DNA from: Octopus vulgaris
Taxonomy: Eukaryota
DNA length: 64,000 nucleotides
Assembly (NCBI GenBank): GCA_951406725.2
Contig: OX597822.1
Coordinates: 67,890,001 to 67,954,000, forward strand
Direction: 5' to 3'
Below are positions 1-11,369 of the stretch, piece by piece. The notes below the pieces were generated by a model that saw only the letters and a program-made list of their open reading frames with translations, did not search any database and was not told the origin of the DNA. How positions within the stretch are numbered: position 1 is the first letter of the stretch; the number at the start of each line of letters is the position of its first letter. Made by a program: the position numbers and the translations under genes.

Positions 1-730
1 TCCGATAGAAAGATTTGATGTATATATTCCGCTTCTCTCCACCCGGAGTTCAAATCTAAGTGCCTATCACCCTTTCGTGTTTCTTAAATAAAGTTCTAGT
101 AACAAACAGTGGATTAGCAGAATTGTACAGATAGTCACGGCTTATGAAAATGTCTGCAATGAATCTTTTGCAGTTCCTGCCTGCATCGCCCAGCAGCCTT
201 TATACTCAGTATGTCGCTGCTTCGAAAAACCTATATCCTACAAGTGGTCGGTTGAGGAATTTCCACAGCTGTCAATCAGCAGTTGAGACGTTGTTTGTGT
301 GATAGTGGGTGACCTAGAAAGCAATGCTACCCAGGAAGGATTAGCTGTTTAAACTTATGGGTAGCACAAGATTTTTTACACTTGTGTGTCAGCGGGAAAT
401 GTTATCTTACTGGAGCTAGATAAATCCTGGATACGTTTGTCGTGACTTCCCTGTTATATGGTCGATTAAACCAGATTACCTCTCAGTTCCAGGATTCAAT
501 TTAAAATGGAGAGCTCTCTACTTCTTTATTATATTTTTATTGATGCCGTTCCTGGCTTGTGAATCAGTATACTGGGGACACGTTTATTGACCCTGGTTAG
601 AAGATTCCTAAATAAATTTACTGAAATTTGAATTTTTGTGAATGTATAAAGTACTATCTTAAAATTTGGTAATGTGTCCGGTCTGTCCAACCAAATTAAA
701 CATCGACCCAGTTTACATTAACCTCTATTC
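1..730 (-). pseudogene. Degenerate Penelope-like retroelement ORF fragment (RT thumb and linker, towards GIY-YIG)
   Basis: Manual minus-strand translation gives VNWVDV..FNL, TLYIHKNSNFSKFI, RNLLTRVNKR and VIWFNRPYNREVTTNVSRIYLAPVR*HFPLTHKCKK (starting 479). The order and spacing match the PLE motifs VNFLDVTFNL / YIHxxSNHP / IIWFNPPYNxxVxTN..KHFP..HK. Many stops and frameshifts. Confidence 0.7.
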
Positions 731-1054
731 ATCATATATAAATAAGACTACTCCGATATGTGTGTGTGTGCGTGTGCAGGTGCGTGCGTGTTTATGCATA
801 TGCTTTCATACATAGACGTATGTATATTATGTATGTATACATAAATATTTACGTGAATATACGTATCTATACTTATACTTAGATATTTCTATATACACAT
901 TTATATACGCATGTGTAGACACAGATAACTAGTCGTAGCTTCATCGATGCGTCTTCCTTTCTAACTACATTTACGAATATACACGACTACCCATTTCTTT
1001 AATATGCATATATATATAAACCATATACAGACATATACACAGATATATACATAC

Positions 1055-1057
<3 letters not shown>

Positions 1058-1085
<28 letters not shown>

Positions 1086-1300
1086 TGTATGTATGTATGT
1101 ATGTATGTATGCATGTATGTATGTATGTATGTATGTATGTATGTATGTATGTATGTATGTATGTATGCATGTATGTATGTATGTATGTATGTATGTATGT
1201 ATGTATGAATGTATGCATGTATGTATGTATGTATGTATGTATGTATGTATGTATGCATGTATGTATGTATGTATGTATGTATGTATGTATGTATGTATGT
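1058..1300. repeat. (ATGT)n microsatellite
   Basis: About 60 near-perfect ATGT units. Confidence 0.98.
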
Positions 1301-1986
1301 ATTATTTCACCAGTCTGTGTATTTCGTTCAGATTTTTCAAATTATCTGTTATTTATAGATTTATAAATTTAGCAGTCTACGATACCAAATGGCACTTTTA
1401 AAGATTAAATTATTCCGAAACACACTACTTTCATTATACAAATAATATATCTGCATATCAATGCATAAAACATTAAAAAGTTAAAGTAGAAAATAAAACA
1501 CTATTAGATGGTGCTTAACATTTTTTTTTATTATTTTTCCGACATGTATGATAGAAAATTCCAGACATGTTTCTACATTATTTTAGTTTCATCAACGACG
1601 TATAAAACTCATTGTAGATCGCCGAAGTCATAGCGAAAGAGCCGATAAGTAAATATATAAACATGTACATTTATTGGCCTATAAAAATCGTATTGTTTAA
1701 ACATTAAAAAAGATATTGTGGCCGCATAATACAGAGTTGGTAAGTGGACGATAAGATGCTTAAAGCATGGAGCATTGGAAATACTTAAATTGAATAAAAA
1801 CAATACGTTGTTTTAGTGTGTCATATTCTTTTCCTACTTAAACTTTTTGATGCTCCATACTTGAAATTCATTGAAAACTACTTAACTACTGTATATGCTG
1901 TAGATGGCGATACTCAATTGCTTAGTTCGTAAACAATTCCTATTTACCATGACAACAGATATCTACGTGCGTGTATGTGTGTATAT

Positions 1987-2025
<39 letters not shown>

Positions 2026-2028
<3 letters not shown>

Positions 2029-2357
2029 TCATTTAGCATCCGCTTTCCATGCTAGCATGGGTTGGACGGGTCAACTGGGGTCTGTGAAGCTGGAAGGCTT
2101 CGTCAGGCCCAGTCAGATCTGGCAGTGTTTCTACGGCTGGATGCCCTTCCTAACGCCAACCACTCCGCGAGTGTAGTGGGTGTTTTTTACGTGCCACCTG
2201 CACAGGTGCCAGACAGAGCTGGCAAACGGCCACGAACGGATGGTGCTTTTACGTGTCACCGGCACGGGACCAGACAGTGCTGGCAAACGGCCACGAACGG
2301 ACGGTGCTTTTACGTGTCACCGGCACGGGGGCCAGCCGAGGCTGGCAACGAACAACG

Positions 2358-2360
<3 letters not shown>
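2026..2360 (-). mobile_element. SINE/non-LTR fragment with RTE-like 3' end and internal 61-62 bp tandem repeat
   Basis: The minus strand ends CCGTCCAACCCATGCTAGCATGGAAAGCGGATGCTAAATGATG, with the palindrome CCATGCTAGCATGG at 2047-2060 and an ATG-type tail. Central motif GGTTGGCGTTAGGAAGGGCATCCAGCCGTAGAA. Three repeat units, with ACGTG at 2189, 2251 and 2312. Confidence 0.65.
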
Positions 2361-2415
<55 letters not shown>

Positions 2416-2417
2416 GG

Positions 2418-2456
<39 letters not shown>

Positions 2457-2598
2457 TGAATATATATATATTCCTTTATTCTTTTATTCTTTCATATGTT
2501 TCAGCCCTGAAGCTATGGCCATGCTGGGTCACCATATATATATGCGTATGTGTGTGTGTGTGTATACTTTCATTAAATCCTCAAAAGTTTATCCCAAG

Positions 2599-2690
2599 AA
2601 CTGTTACTCAGAGTTTCACGTTCCTGTTCGTCGGACGGTTATAATGAAAACGTCTGACGAACGGGAATGTGAAACTCTGAGTAACTTCTG
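2599..2690. ncRNA. Inverted pair of minimal hammerhead ribozyme motifs (PLE terminal-repeat type, family HH-A)
   Basis: Minus 2640-2599: aaccgt CCGACGA aca-ggaa-cgt GAAA ctctgag UA acagtt. Plus 2651-2685: cgt CUGACGA acg-ggaa-tgt GAAA ctctgag UA ac. The two arms are inverted repeats around a short spacer. Confidence 0.7.
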
Positions 2691-2820
2691 TCAAAGAGTG
2701 TAGGCTTGAAAGGTAAAAGACTTTCCCATTTTTTCTCAAGCGTCAAAGTAATACACTTGCTTGTTGTTCCTACGACTGTAATTATCTTTCCCTTTTCTAT
2801 AAAAGTGAATCGATCTATCT

Positions 2821-3010
<190 letters not shown>

Positions 3011-4013
3011 AAAGTATGTACCTTTACTCACACTCGGACACAAATACACATGTGCCATGTGGCTGTGCTAGTATTGTAACACAGGATGCAATTAGTTTTT
3101 GTCTTATCTAAAATGATGTAGCAACCTTGGCAGTAAGTTCGGTATCTGCGTGTTTGTGTCTATGTGTGTATGTGTGTGTATACAACTATGAAATTGTTGT
3201 GCGGTTGTTACTGTTTCACAGCTACTAGAAGAATGTAATGGGGAGCAGCACTACAGCTATGTATTGTACGAGGTGAGGTGACTGTTGGTATTAATAGTAA
3301 GCTCGGAGTTCATATTTTAAAGGGGTAGCATCTGGTTTATGTACCAGAAGTTTAATCACATGGTTTAATCCACCTTACACACTTATTGCTCTAACATGAT
3401 ACATATCTATTCCAAATTTCATAGAGGCTTCGGCTCACTGTTTTGCAGCGTTTGTGACACATTTGGGAATACATTATCATTGTTCTTAATAATAGTATGA
3501 TGAGTATATCCTGGTGGAGAAGAGAGTAATTCAATCAGAGGAAGAGTTGAGTTTTATTCAGAATACATTAAGTTCATAGGGTTGCTATTGGTTTGATTTT
3601 TTCAGATATTTAGGTCGTATTAGTTTATTATGAATTTTATTTTGTGTGTTGTACTGTACGGCGATAACACGTGATAGATGAGAGGTGAATGCAAATGAGT
3701 GGAGGTATATGGGTGTCAGGGAAAGAGATTGGGTTAGAGATCAAGGAGGACTTAGCCAGGTGGTATTTGCTGTTCAGTTGTAACAGGAATATTTTTTGAA
3801 AACTTATAGCTTACAGGCTTCTGCATCCCATGAGAGCTTATCCCCTTTTCTGACAAAGTGCAATTATTAGGCGCCCATCTGTTTTATGACAATTTAGCAT
3901 TGGTGTGTGTATATATACATACATACATACTCTTTACAAATGTATGTCTATATACGTGTATGTATATAAATACAGATATATGTATATATATATATATATA
4001 TGTATGTATATAA

Positions 4014-4066
<53 letters not shown>

Positions 4067-4439
4067 CATACATATATATATATACATAGTGATATAAATG
4101 ACGATTCGCCGTAACACTTTTAGCACTTTGTTCAACGTGGTGTAGATGGAAATAAAATAAAGAGATGCTTTACGCCATGGGATGAGCTGCTAGAAATAAC
4201 ATATCTTAATGACATAAATAAGAAAATGATAAAAGATACTGACGTGCATGTCATGTACACCACTTAAGAGACTTGGCGACCTCATTCTTCCACTGCAATA
4301 GAGTGCAATCGAGGGGGTCTTCGAGGAAGACGATACTACGAACGTTCCCTTGTGAAATTCTTTCAGCGCAGTAGGTGGTGAGGTGGTGGTGGTTGTGGTG
4401 GAGAGAAAGTGGAAAGAGAGGTGGAGAGAGAAAGAAAGA

Positions 4440-4522
4440 GCGTGAGTGAGTGAGTGAGTGAGTGAGTGAGTGAGTAAGTGAAAGAGAAAGAGCGGGAAAG
4501 AAAGAAAGAATGAATGAAAGAC

Positions 4523-4585
<63 letters not shown>

Positions 4586-4630
4586 AGGAAAGAAAGAAAA
4601 AAGAATGGAAGGAAGTAAGGAAGGAAGGAA
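4440..4630. repeat. (GTGA)n and (GAAA)n/(GGAA)n purine-rich microsatellites
   Basis: Seen directly. Confidence 0.95.
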
Positions 4631-4798
4631 AAAGGGAACAAACAAATAAAATAAAGGACCAAGTGCTCCCGGTATTGAACTGGACCAGCGTTTGGACAAC
4701 AATATATATTAATGGAGATTAATATAATCCGGACCGCGGTTAGACCGAACACGTTAACAAAATCTACATCGGCGATGTATGTGTGTATGCGTGTGTGT

Positions 4799-4839
<41 letters not shown>

Positions 4840-5115
4840 CGCGCGCGTGTGTGTGTATATGTGTGCTTAGTGCGCCCGCTTTACAACTACATAGTTTCAG
4901 GTTCAGTCTCACTGAGCGGGATCTTGGGCAAGTTTTTTCTGTTATACCTCGGCCTGACCAATTCCTTATAAGTGAATGTAGAGAATGTGTGGAAGCCTGT
5001 CGTATATATGTTTGTGAGTGCGTGTGTGGGGGGTGTATGGCGGTGTGGGCGTGGGTGCGTTGGAGTGCGTGTGTATATGTATACGTGTGTATATATATAT
5101 GTTTATGTGTGTATG

Positions 5116-5172
<57 letters not shown>

Positions 5173-5337
5173 AAACAAGTCAAATTGCGATAAAATAAAT
5201 TAATCATTATCGCTGGTATTTCTAGCACAAGCCATATATTTTTCATATATCAGTACATTAAGGCGAAATATGTGCTTGAAACACAGAAGCTAGACAAATT
5301 TAGTGAAATGAAGATAAAAACATTTACTAACTCGGTT

Positions 5338-5413
5338 ACTCTTAGACTGCAGTTTCGTTCTTTTCAGCAATAAAGATAACTTATTTGCTCAGGGAGAATT
5401 CATCGGTAAGAGC
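5338..5413 (-). ncRNA. Type-I hammerhead ribozyme motif (family HH-B), U4C core, palindromic stem III
   Basis: Minus strand: GCUCUUA CCGAUGA a-UUCU..(hairpin)..AGAA-c GAAA CUGCAG UC UAAGAGU. 7-bp stem I, ACUGCAGU palindrome, GUC triplet, predicted cut between 5345 and 5344. Confidence 0.8.
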
Positions 5414-5424
5414 CCTGTTGTTCT

Positions 5425-5490
<66 letters not shown>

Positions 5491-5516
5491 CGCACAAACA
5501 CACACACACACACTTG

Positions 5517-5724
5517 CAGGAATACAGAAAAGTTACTTGCCTTAAAGGTGTCGTGAAAGGTCTGGTTGGAGACCCAAATTTCCGAGTTCTTTTTCAGGGC
5601 TTAGAAAAACTGAAGGACTGCTATAATAAGTGTGTAAATCGGAGAAGGGAATGTGTTGTATAAAATCTTAATTAACTGATCCCCCTGTATTTTCTTTTAT
5701 CCAAAGCCAGGAAATTTTTCAACA
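5517..5724 (+). mobile_element. About 205-bp mariner-derived MITE (degenerate copy)
   Basis: Alignable by eye to 36135-36346. Carries a remnant of the mariner C-terminus (GLEKLKD.YNKCV). It abuts and truncates the mariner to its right. Confidence 0.65.
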
Positions 5725-6627
5725 TATTGGAGATATGAGGGCGGGCGTTGTCGTGCCGCAGAAGAACTCTATGCTGCCGATTAGGTCTTTTCTCTTGAAT
5801 AGCCGAGTTGAGTAGTTCCATCTGTTGAACATAGAGTTCCACGTTGACCGTTTGGTCCCGTTCAAGCAATTCGTAATGGATAATCCCTTTCCTGTCCCAC
5901 CATAAGCATAACATCGTTTTACGTGGATGAAGATCTTGTTTCTCGCGCGGTGTCGCTTGTTTACCGGGGATAAGCCATTCCTTACGCTGCTTCATATTGA
6001 CGTACAGGCACCATTTTTTGTCGCCAGTAACGATTCGGTAAAGAAATCGTTGCTTGTGTCTATGAGTTGAGCGGTGACGAGCAAGCAAACCAGCGGAGTT
6101 TGTGGTTGGTTGATTGTTGTTGTTGTCACTTAAGCATGCGGAACCCATGCTCCATTCTTCTGAACCTTTCCCATCGAGTGAAGATGCTTCTCTATAGCAG
6201 TGTGGGAGCTTCCATTTTCTCTGCCCGTTCCCTTGCCGTTTGACGAGAATTTTCGTGCAAAAGTTGGTTTAATCGCTCTTCATCGGACTCAACTGGACGG
6301 CCAGAACGAGGTGCGTCTTTGAGGTCAAAATTTCCATTCTTGAACTTGGCATACCAATCACGAGCGGTTCTTTCAGCTATGGCACACTCTCCATAGACAG
6401 CACAAATGTCGAGAACAGCTTTACGGCCTTAGAACCTTGATTAAAAGCAAAAAGAAGGAGGTGTCTAAAATGCTCGTTTTTCTTAACTTGACTTTCCATT
6501 TTAATGATTTGAAAATGAACAAAAATTAACTAAAATTAACTAGAAAAAAAAAACAAAATAGATTCCAAAATTTAAAAACGCAATGAATTCAAAAATTTAA
6601 AAAAACGGCGGGAACTTAGTTGCCAAC

Positions 6628-6631
<4 letters not shown>
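5725..6631 (-). mobile_element. Mariner (DD34D family) transposon, 3'-truncated, frameshifted transposase
   Basis: 5' TIR TTGGGTTGGCAACTAAGTTCCCGCCGTTTT ending at 6631 next to TA. ATG at 6499 (MESQVKKNEHFRHLLLFAFNQG), then RSGRP, WVPH, IVTGDKKW and HDNARPH. YSPDLAP and the 3' TIR are missing. Confidence 0.93.
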
Positions 6632-6673
<42 letters not shown>

Positions 6674-7999
6674 AGCTTATGCCGTGTAGATTTGCCGAAT
6701 GAAATTCAATACGCTCATCTTTACATCTGCTATGCTGCTTCCCATGACTTCGCTGCGACCCTGGCTCGGGGATCTTTTGCCATTGAGGTTAACTTCTCAA
6801 TATAGTCTCTATTTGATGGCTGTTGACGCCTATGAGTTCCACCTCCTTGCGGCGGGCTTTGCTTTTAATCCCGCAATGTGTGAAAGTCACCCTCCTCACT
6901 TAGCAAGCTTACTGAGGTTTCCAGTTTAGTCACCTACGAGCAGGTCAAGTGAATGGTTGTATTACGTTACATGTCACCAGTGGCACTCAAGAGTGTCTTA
7001 GTATTATGTGTATATCTGCCTAAGTAATGAGACAGGAAGTTAGAAGCCTGTATCTTGCACTGATTTCACTGCCTCATGAAACAGGCTTCCATTACAGTTA
7101 AAAACTAAGGGAGATAACCCTAAAAGAAACCATATCCTGTGACAAAAGTGAGAGTTAATATTTGCATAAAATCTCCAGCGTCTTTCGGTTAGCGATTGCA
7201 GGGATCATGTTTCGCTCCCATTTTGGCTGGTGATAAATAGCTATTGCTTTAGGAAAATTTTGCAGCTCTATATTCATACATTCATAGGAAGGCAAGCGTT
7301 TAAAGCAGTTATTGGAAAACTGCAGCCCGCGAGACTTTTTGCATTGCACACCAACAAAAACTTAACTCGAATATTTTTGATAATGCGATCTGCTTTGAGA
7401 TGAACAATGTCTCATGCGGCCCGCTTCTCGATAAATGTTGCCTGTATCTGGCTTTCAGAATGGTGTTTGAATAACTATGGATGGATGTAATCATTGTTTG
7501 CGGGAAACATAGCCATTGTTTGAGAGAAACAGTAACAGGAGAGACAGGGAGAGAAAGAGAGAGAGCCCGAGTAAGAGCGAGAAAGAGAGAGAGGAATGAA
7601 ATAGAATGTGAGAGACAGTGAGAGGGAAAGAGAGAGAAAAAAACTGTGCATGCACATATCGTGTATATTTATGTAATGTTCAGTATTCAGAGGTGTTCAA
7701 AGATAGCAATTAATTGTACAAAGTCAAAATGCGGTCTCATCTTGGACCCCGATAGAATTCACTAAAGTCCACTTCTTTACAATTTTATGACAATACAGTC
7801 ATAAAAAAGTTTTATTGCGACTAGAAAACATTTTTTGTGTACAGCAATATCTTAATATTAACGCCTGAATGTACACGTATCTTGCCATCCTACACACAAG
7901 AATATATATGTGAGTGTATGCGAGGTGTGTGTGTGTACGTACGTGCTTATGAATATACACATAAGGATGGGAGTGCATGTATACATATATATATATATA

Positions 8000-8071
<72 letters not shown>

Positions 8072-8494
8072 TATATGCATATATACACATATATATATAC
8101 CCACATGCACACACACAAAAACATATGTATAATGAGATAAATTTGTATATATGCACGTATGTAGGGAGGTAGGTGGGTAAGGTGTTAGTAGGTAGATAAC
8201 TGGGCTAGTGGACATGTGTCTTTGAATCTATCTATATGTGTATATATGTATGTATATATTATGTATGTATGTACGTACGCATGACTGAAATAATTTAGCT
8301 ATATATGTATGTTCGTATGTATGTATATGGTGTATAAGAATAAATAGAACGTACACACTTCAAGCGTGTATATTAGCTAACATTGTATAACAAAATCATC
8401 AAAAAATGCATGCGTGTATGTGCATTTATTATACATGTATATATATACATATATATATACACACACATATATATACATCCTCTTATTCTTTTTC

Positions 8495-8977
<483 letters not shown>

Positions 8978-8978
8978 T

Positions 8979-9025
<47 letters not shown>

Positions 9026-9864
9026 ACATATAGACGCATACATTATATATATACATATACCTATGTATATGTATGTACGCATGCTCACACGTGTACATGC
9101 CAGTACAGTCGAAACTCTTCTTGTGGTGTATTCGTGCGCGTCAATGAGGCTCTCTGTGCGTACGTGTGATAGAGAGAAAAATAGAGTATAAGGTAACGAG
9201 AAAATTTATTTGTGCATCAATATGTGACAGCGTGTTGCATATGTGTGCGCATGTTTGTGAGTTCCACCATGCGAATTTTTCTATTTTCACTAATATTCGT
9301 TGAGAGATTAAGGAACGGAAACAAATTAAGATTTTCTTCGTGTCTTATGTAAATATTTGCCAAAAATCTGTCCATAAAAATTATTTCAGTAAATCCAATG
9401 AAAATTGCATCAGGTGAGATCTCCCAGGAATCTTGTCGGAATTTTCAAACCGAAAAAATATTAAGATGCGCTCCCATGGAAGAATCTTTAAGAAATATCA
9501 AGAATACAGGTGAACGTTAAAAAAAAATACGAAAATAGAACGGAACAAATATTAATATCCAGAATATATTTCCGCAGGAAAAATGTATTCAGGTGGAATA
9601 TCATGTTTTGACTATTGTGGATACCTGTCTTTGAATGTAAAGAAATATTCTTGAATAATATTATATCTTATATACGCATCTCAGAGTTAAAATCCCTCAA
9701 CAGAAATTATTCGGTGACAAAGTTTCAGAGTAATTTCACACCTTCTGCCAGGAAAAAAAAATTATTAAAAAAAAAAATTAAATTATACATATATAATAAA
9801 AACTGACAAAAACTAACGCAAAAAGGTAAGCATAAAAAAAAGATACGCCAATAGCAAAAAACAA

Positions 9865-9884
9865 CTACTGCCGCCGCCACCACC

Positions 9885-9920
<36 letters not shown>

Positions 9921-9924
9921 GCTG

Positions 9925-9964
<40 letters not shown>

Positions 9965-9965
9965 A
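9865..9965. repeat. (CAC)/(CTA)n trinucleotide repeat
   Basis: Seen directly. Confidence 0.93.
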
Positions 9966-10237
9966 GCACACCAGAAGAACATTTACCTAATTTTAGGAGA
10001 TATATGATGTCCGTTACAATGTATATATAATATATGTATATATAATTGTGTGTATGTATGCATGTACAAACACACAGACTCATATATACATTCATCCACG
10101 CAAACACACACATACATATATGATTTAAGACAAAGAAATTGGAATTCTCGAGACTCTTGAATTCCATTTCTTTTCTCATTTTTTAATAAAATTTACAGAC
10201 GCAATCGAATTCCTGACCTAAATTCAATGATATATAC

Positions 10238-10311
10238 CTCCACACTATTGTTAACATCAGATAACCGAATACTGTGAACGGACTTTAAGCGGCATACAAC
10301 GAGGTGTATAC
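10238..10311 (-). other. Candidate 74-nt internal exon of an unidentified host gene
   Basis: Minus strand ATTTTATTTTCAG|G acceptor and GAG|GTATAT donor. Only one frame is open: (G)IHLVVCRLKSVHSIRLSDVNNSVE. Unique non-repeat sequence; no family recognised. Confidence 0.3.
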
Positions 10312-10374
10312 CTGAAAATAAAATATTACGTATATACATGAATACATACAAATATATATACATAACAAAATAAT

Positions 10375-10482
10375 AAATACATACATACATACATACATAC
10401 ATACATACATACATACATACATACATACATACATACATACATACATACATACATACATGCATACATACATACATACATACAT
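10375..10482. repeat. (TACA)n microsatellite
   Basis: Seen directly. Confidence 0.95.
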
Positions 10483-10569
10483 AAATATATATATATACCG
10501 GAGTAAACACATAAATGTGAAACAAGATGGAAAAAAGAGTACCCAAAATACCAGGGGTAGAGTAATATG

Positions 10570-10694
10570 CTTTATTTAAAAGCAGCAGAAATTCAACAAA
10601 ACCTGTTACTCGGAGTTTCACAAACTGTCCGACGAACGGGAACGTGAAACTCCGAGTAACTGGTTTTGTTGAATTTCTGCTGCTTTTAAATAAA

Positions 10695-10695
<1 letters not shown>
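10570..10695 (+). ncRNA. 52-bp inverted repeat with a hammerhead motif at its axis (family HH-A)
   Basis: Arms 10570-10621 and 10644-10695 (1 mismatch). Plus strand 10625-10662: ctgt CCGACGA acg-ggaa-cgt GAAA ctccgag UA actg. The left arm reads acag at the same position, which restores stem I. Confidence 0.78.
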
Positions 10696-10737
<42 letters not shown>

Positions 10738-10953
10738 CACAATATTAAGTCGAAAAACTGAGACATTGCGTGTGGAAGAGAGATATATGTTTACTAATTT
10801 ATATTATTTATTTATATCATTATGTAAATGTATATTTTTTTATATGTATAGGAGTGTGAGTATATACACTCATATGTATATATATATATGTTGTATTGTG
10901 GGTACGCACCCACACCCATGTGGGTATATGTGTAAACTGTGTTATATTACATA

Positions 10954-11080
10954 ATCTCCGAAGAGGCCTTGTGATATTTTTGTTAATGTCTCATTTATAT
11001 CTATATATTGACCAACCATAAAGGGCTAATATTGGTAAGATGAGACTTAATTATCGACATGGCCGAAACAGCTGTAAGAT
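10954..11080 (+). ncRNA. Type-I hammerhead motif with 100-nt stem II (family HH-C), U4C core
   Basis: AUCU CCGAAGA GGCCuUGU-GAUA ... UAUC-g-ACAuGGCC GAAA CAGCUG UA AGAU. ACAGCUGU palindrome, GUA triplet, predicted cut after 11076. Confidence 0.78.
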
Positions 11081-11315
11081 CTAATGTATGCTTATATTTA
11101 TATTTATATTTATATTTTTATATATATTTATTATTATACAACATTACTCTTTTATGTACACTTTTTTATATACATTCCTTTATGTACACTGATTTGTTCT
11201 GCTTTTTATATTTAACCCTACAGTCTCTTATGTGGTGGTTTAATAAAGTATCTGATTGAGTATGTATCTGGTAATTGATATTCGATTTGATGTTAACTCC
11301 GAATCTTACCTTGGA

Positions 11316-11369
<54 letters not shown>

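Noticed and set aside
1560-1630. Minus-strand GAAA CATG TC (palindromic stem III, GUC) resembling a hammerhead 3' half
   Set aside because: Upstream core candidates (TCGGCGA, TTGATGA) are degenerate and no stem I partner for TGGA was found.
2178-2360. Regularly spaced repeats resembling a CRISPR array
   Set aside because: Whole units are repeated with no unique spacers, there are no cas genes, and the context is eukaryotic.
3200-3880. Possible decayed CR1/L2-like LINE on the minus strand
   Set aside because: Only vague compositional similarity; no motif could be read confidently.
6670-6960. GC-richer segment that might be a LINE 5' UTR with an HDV-like ribozyme
   Set aside because: I could not build the nested double pseudoknot by eye; it needs a structured search.
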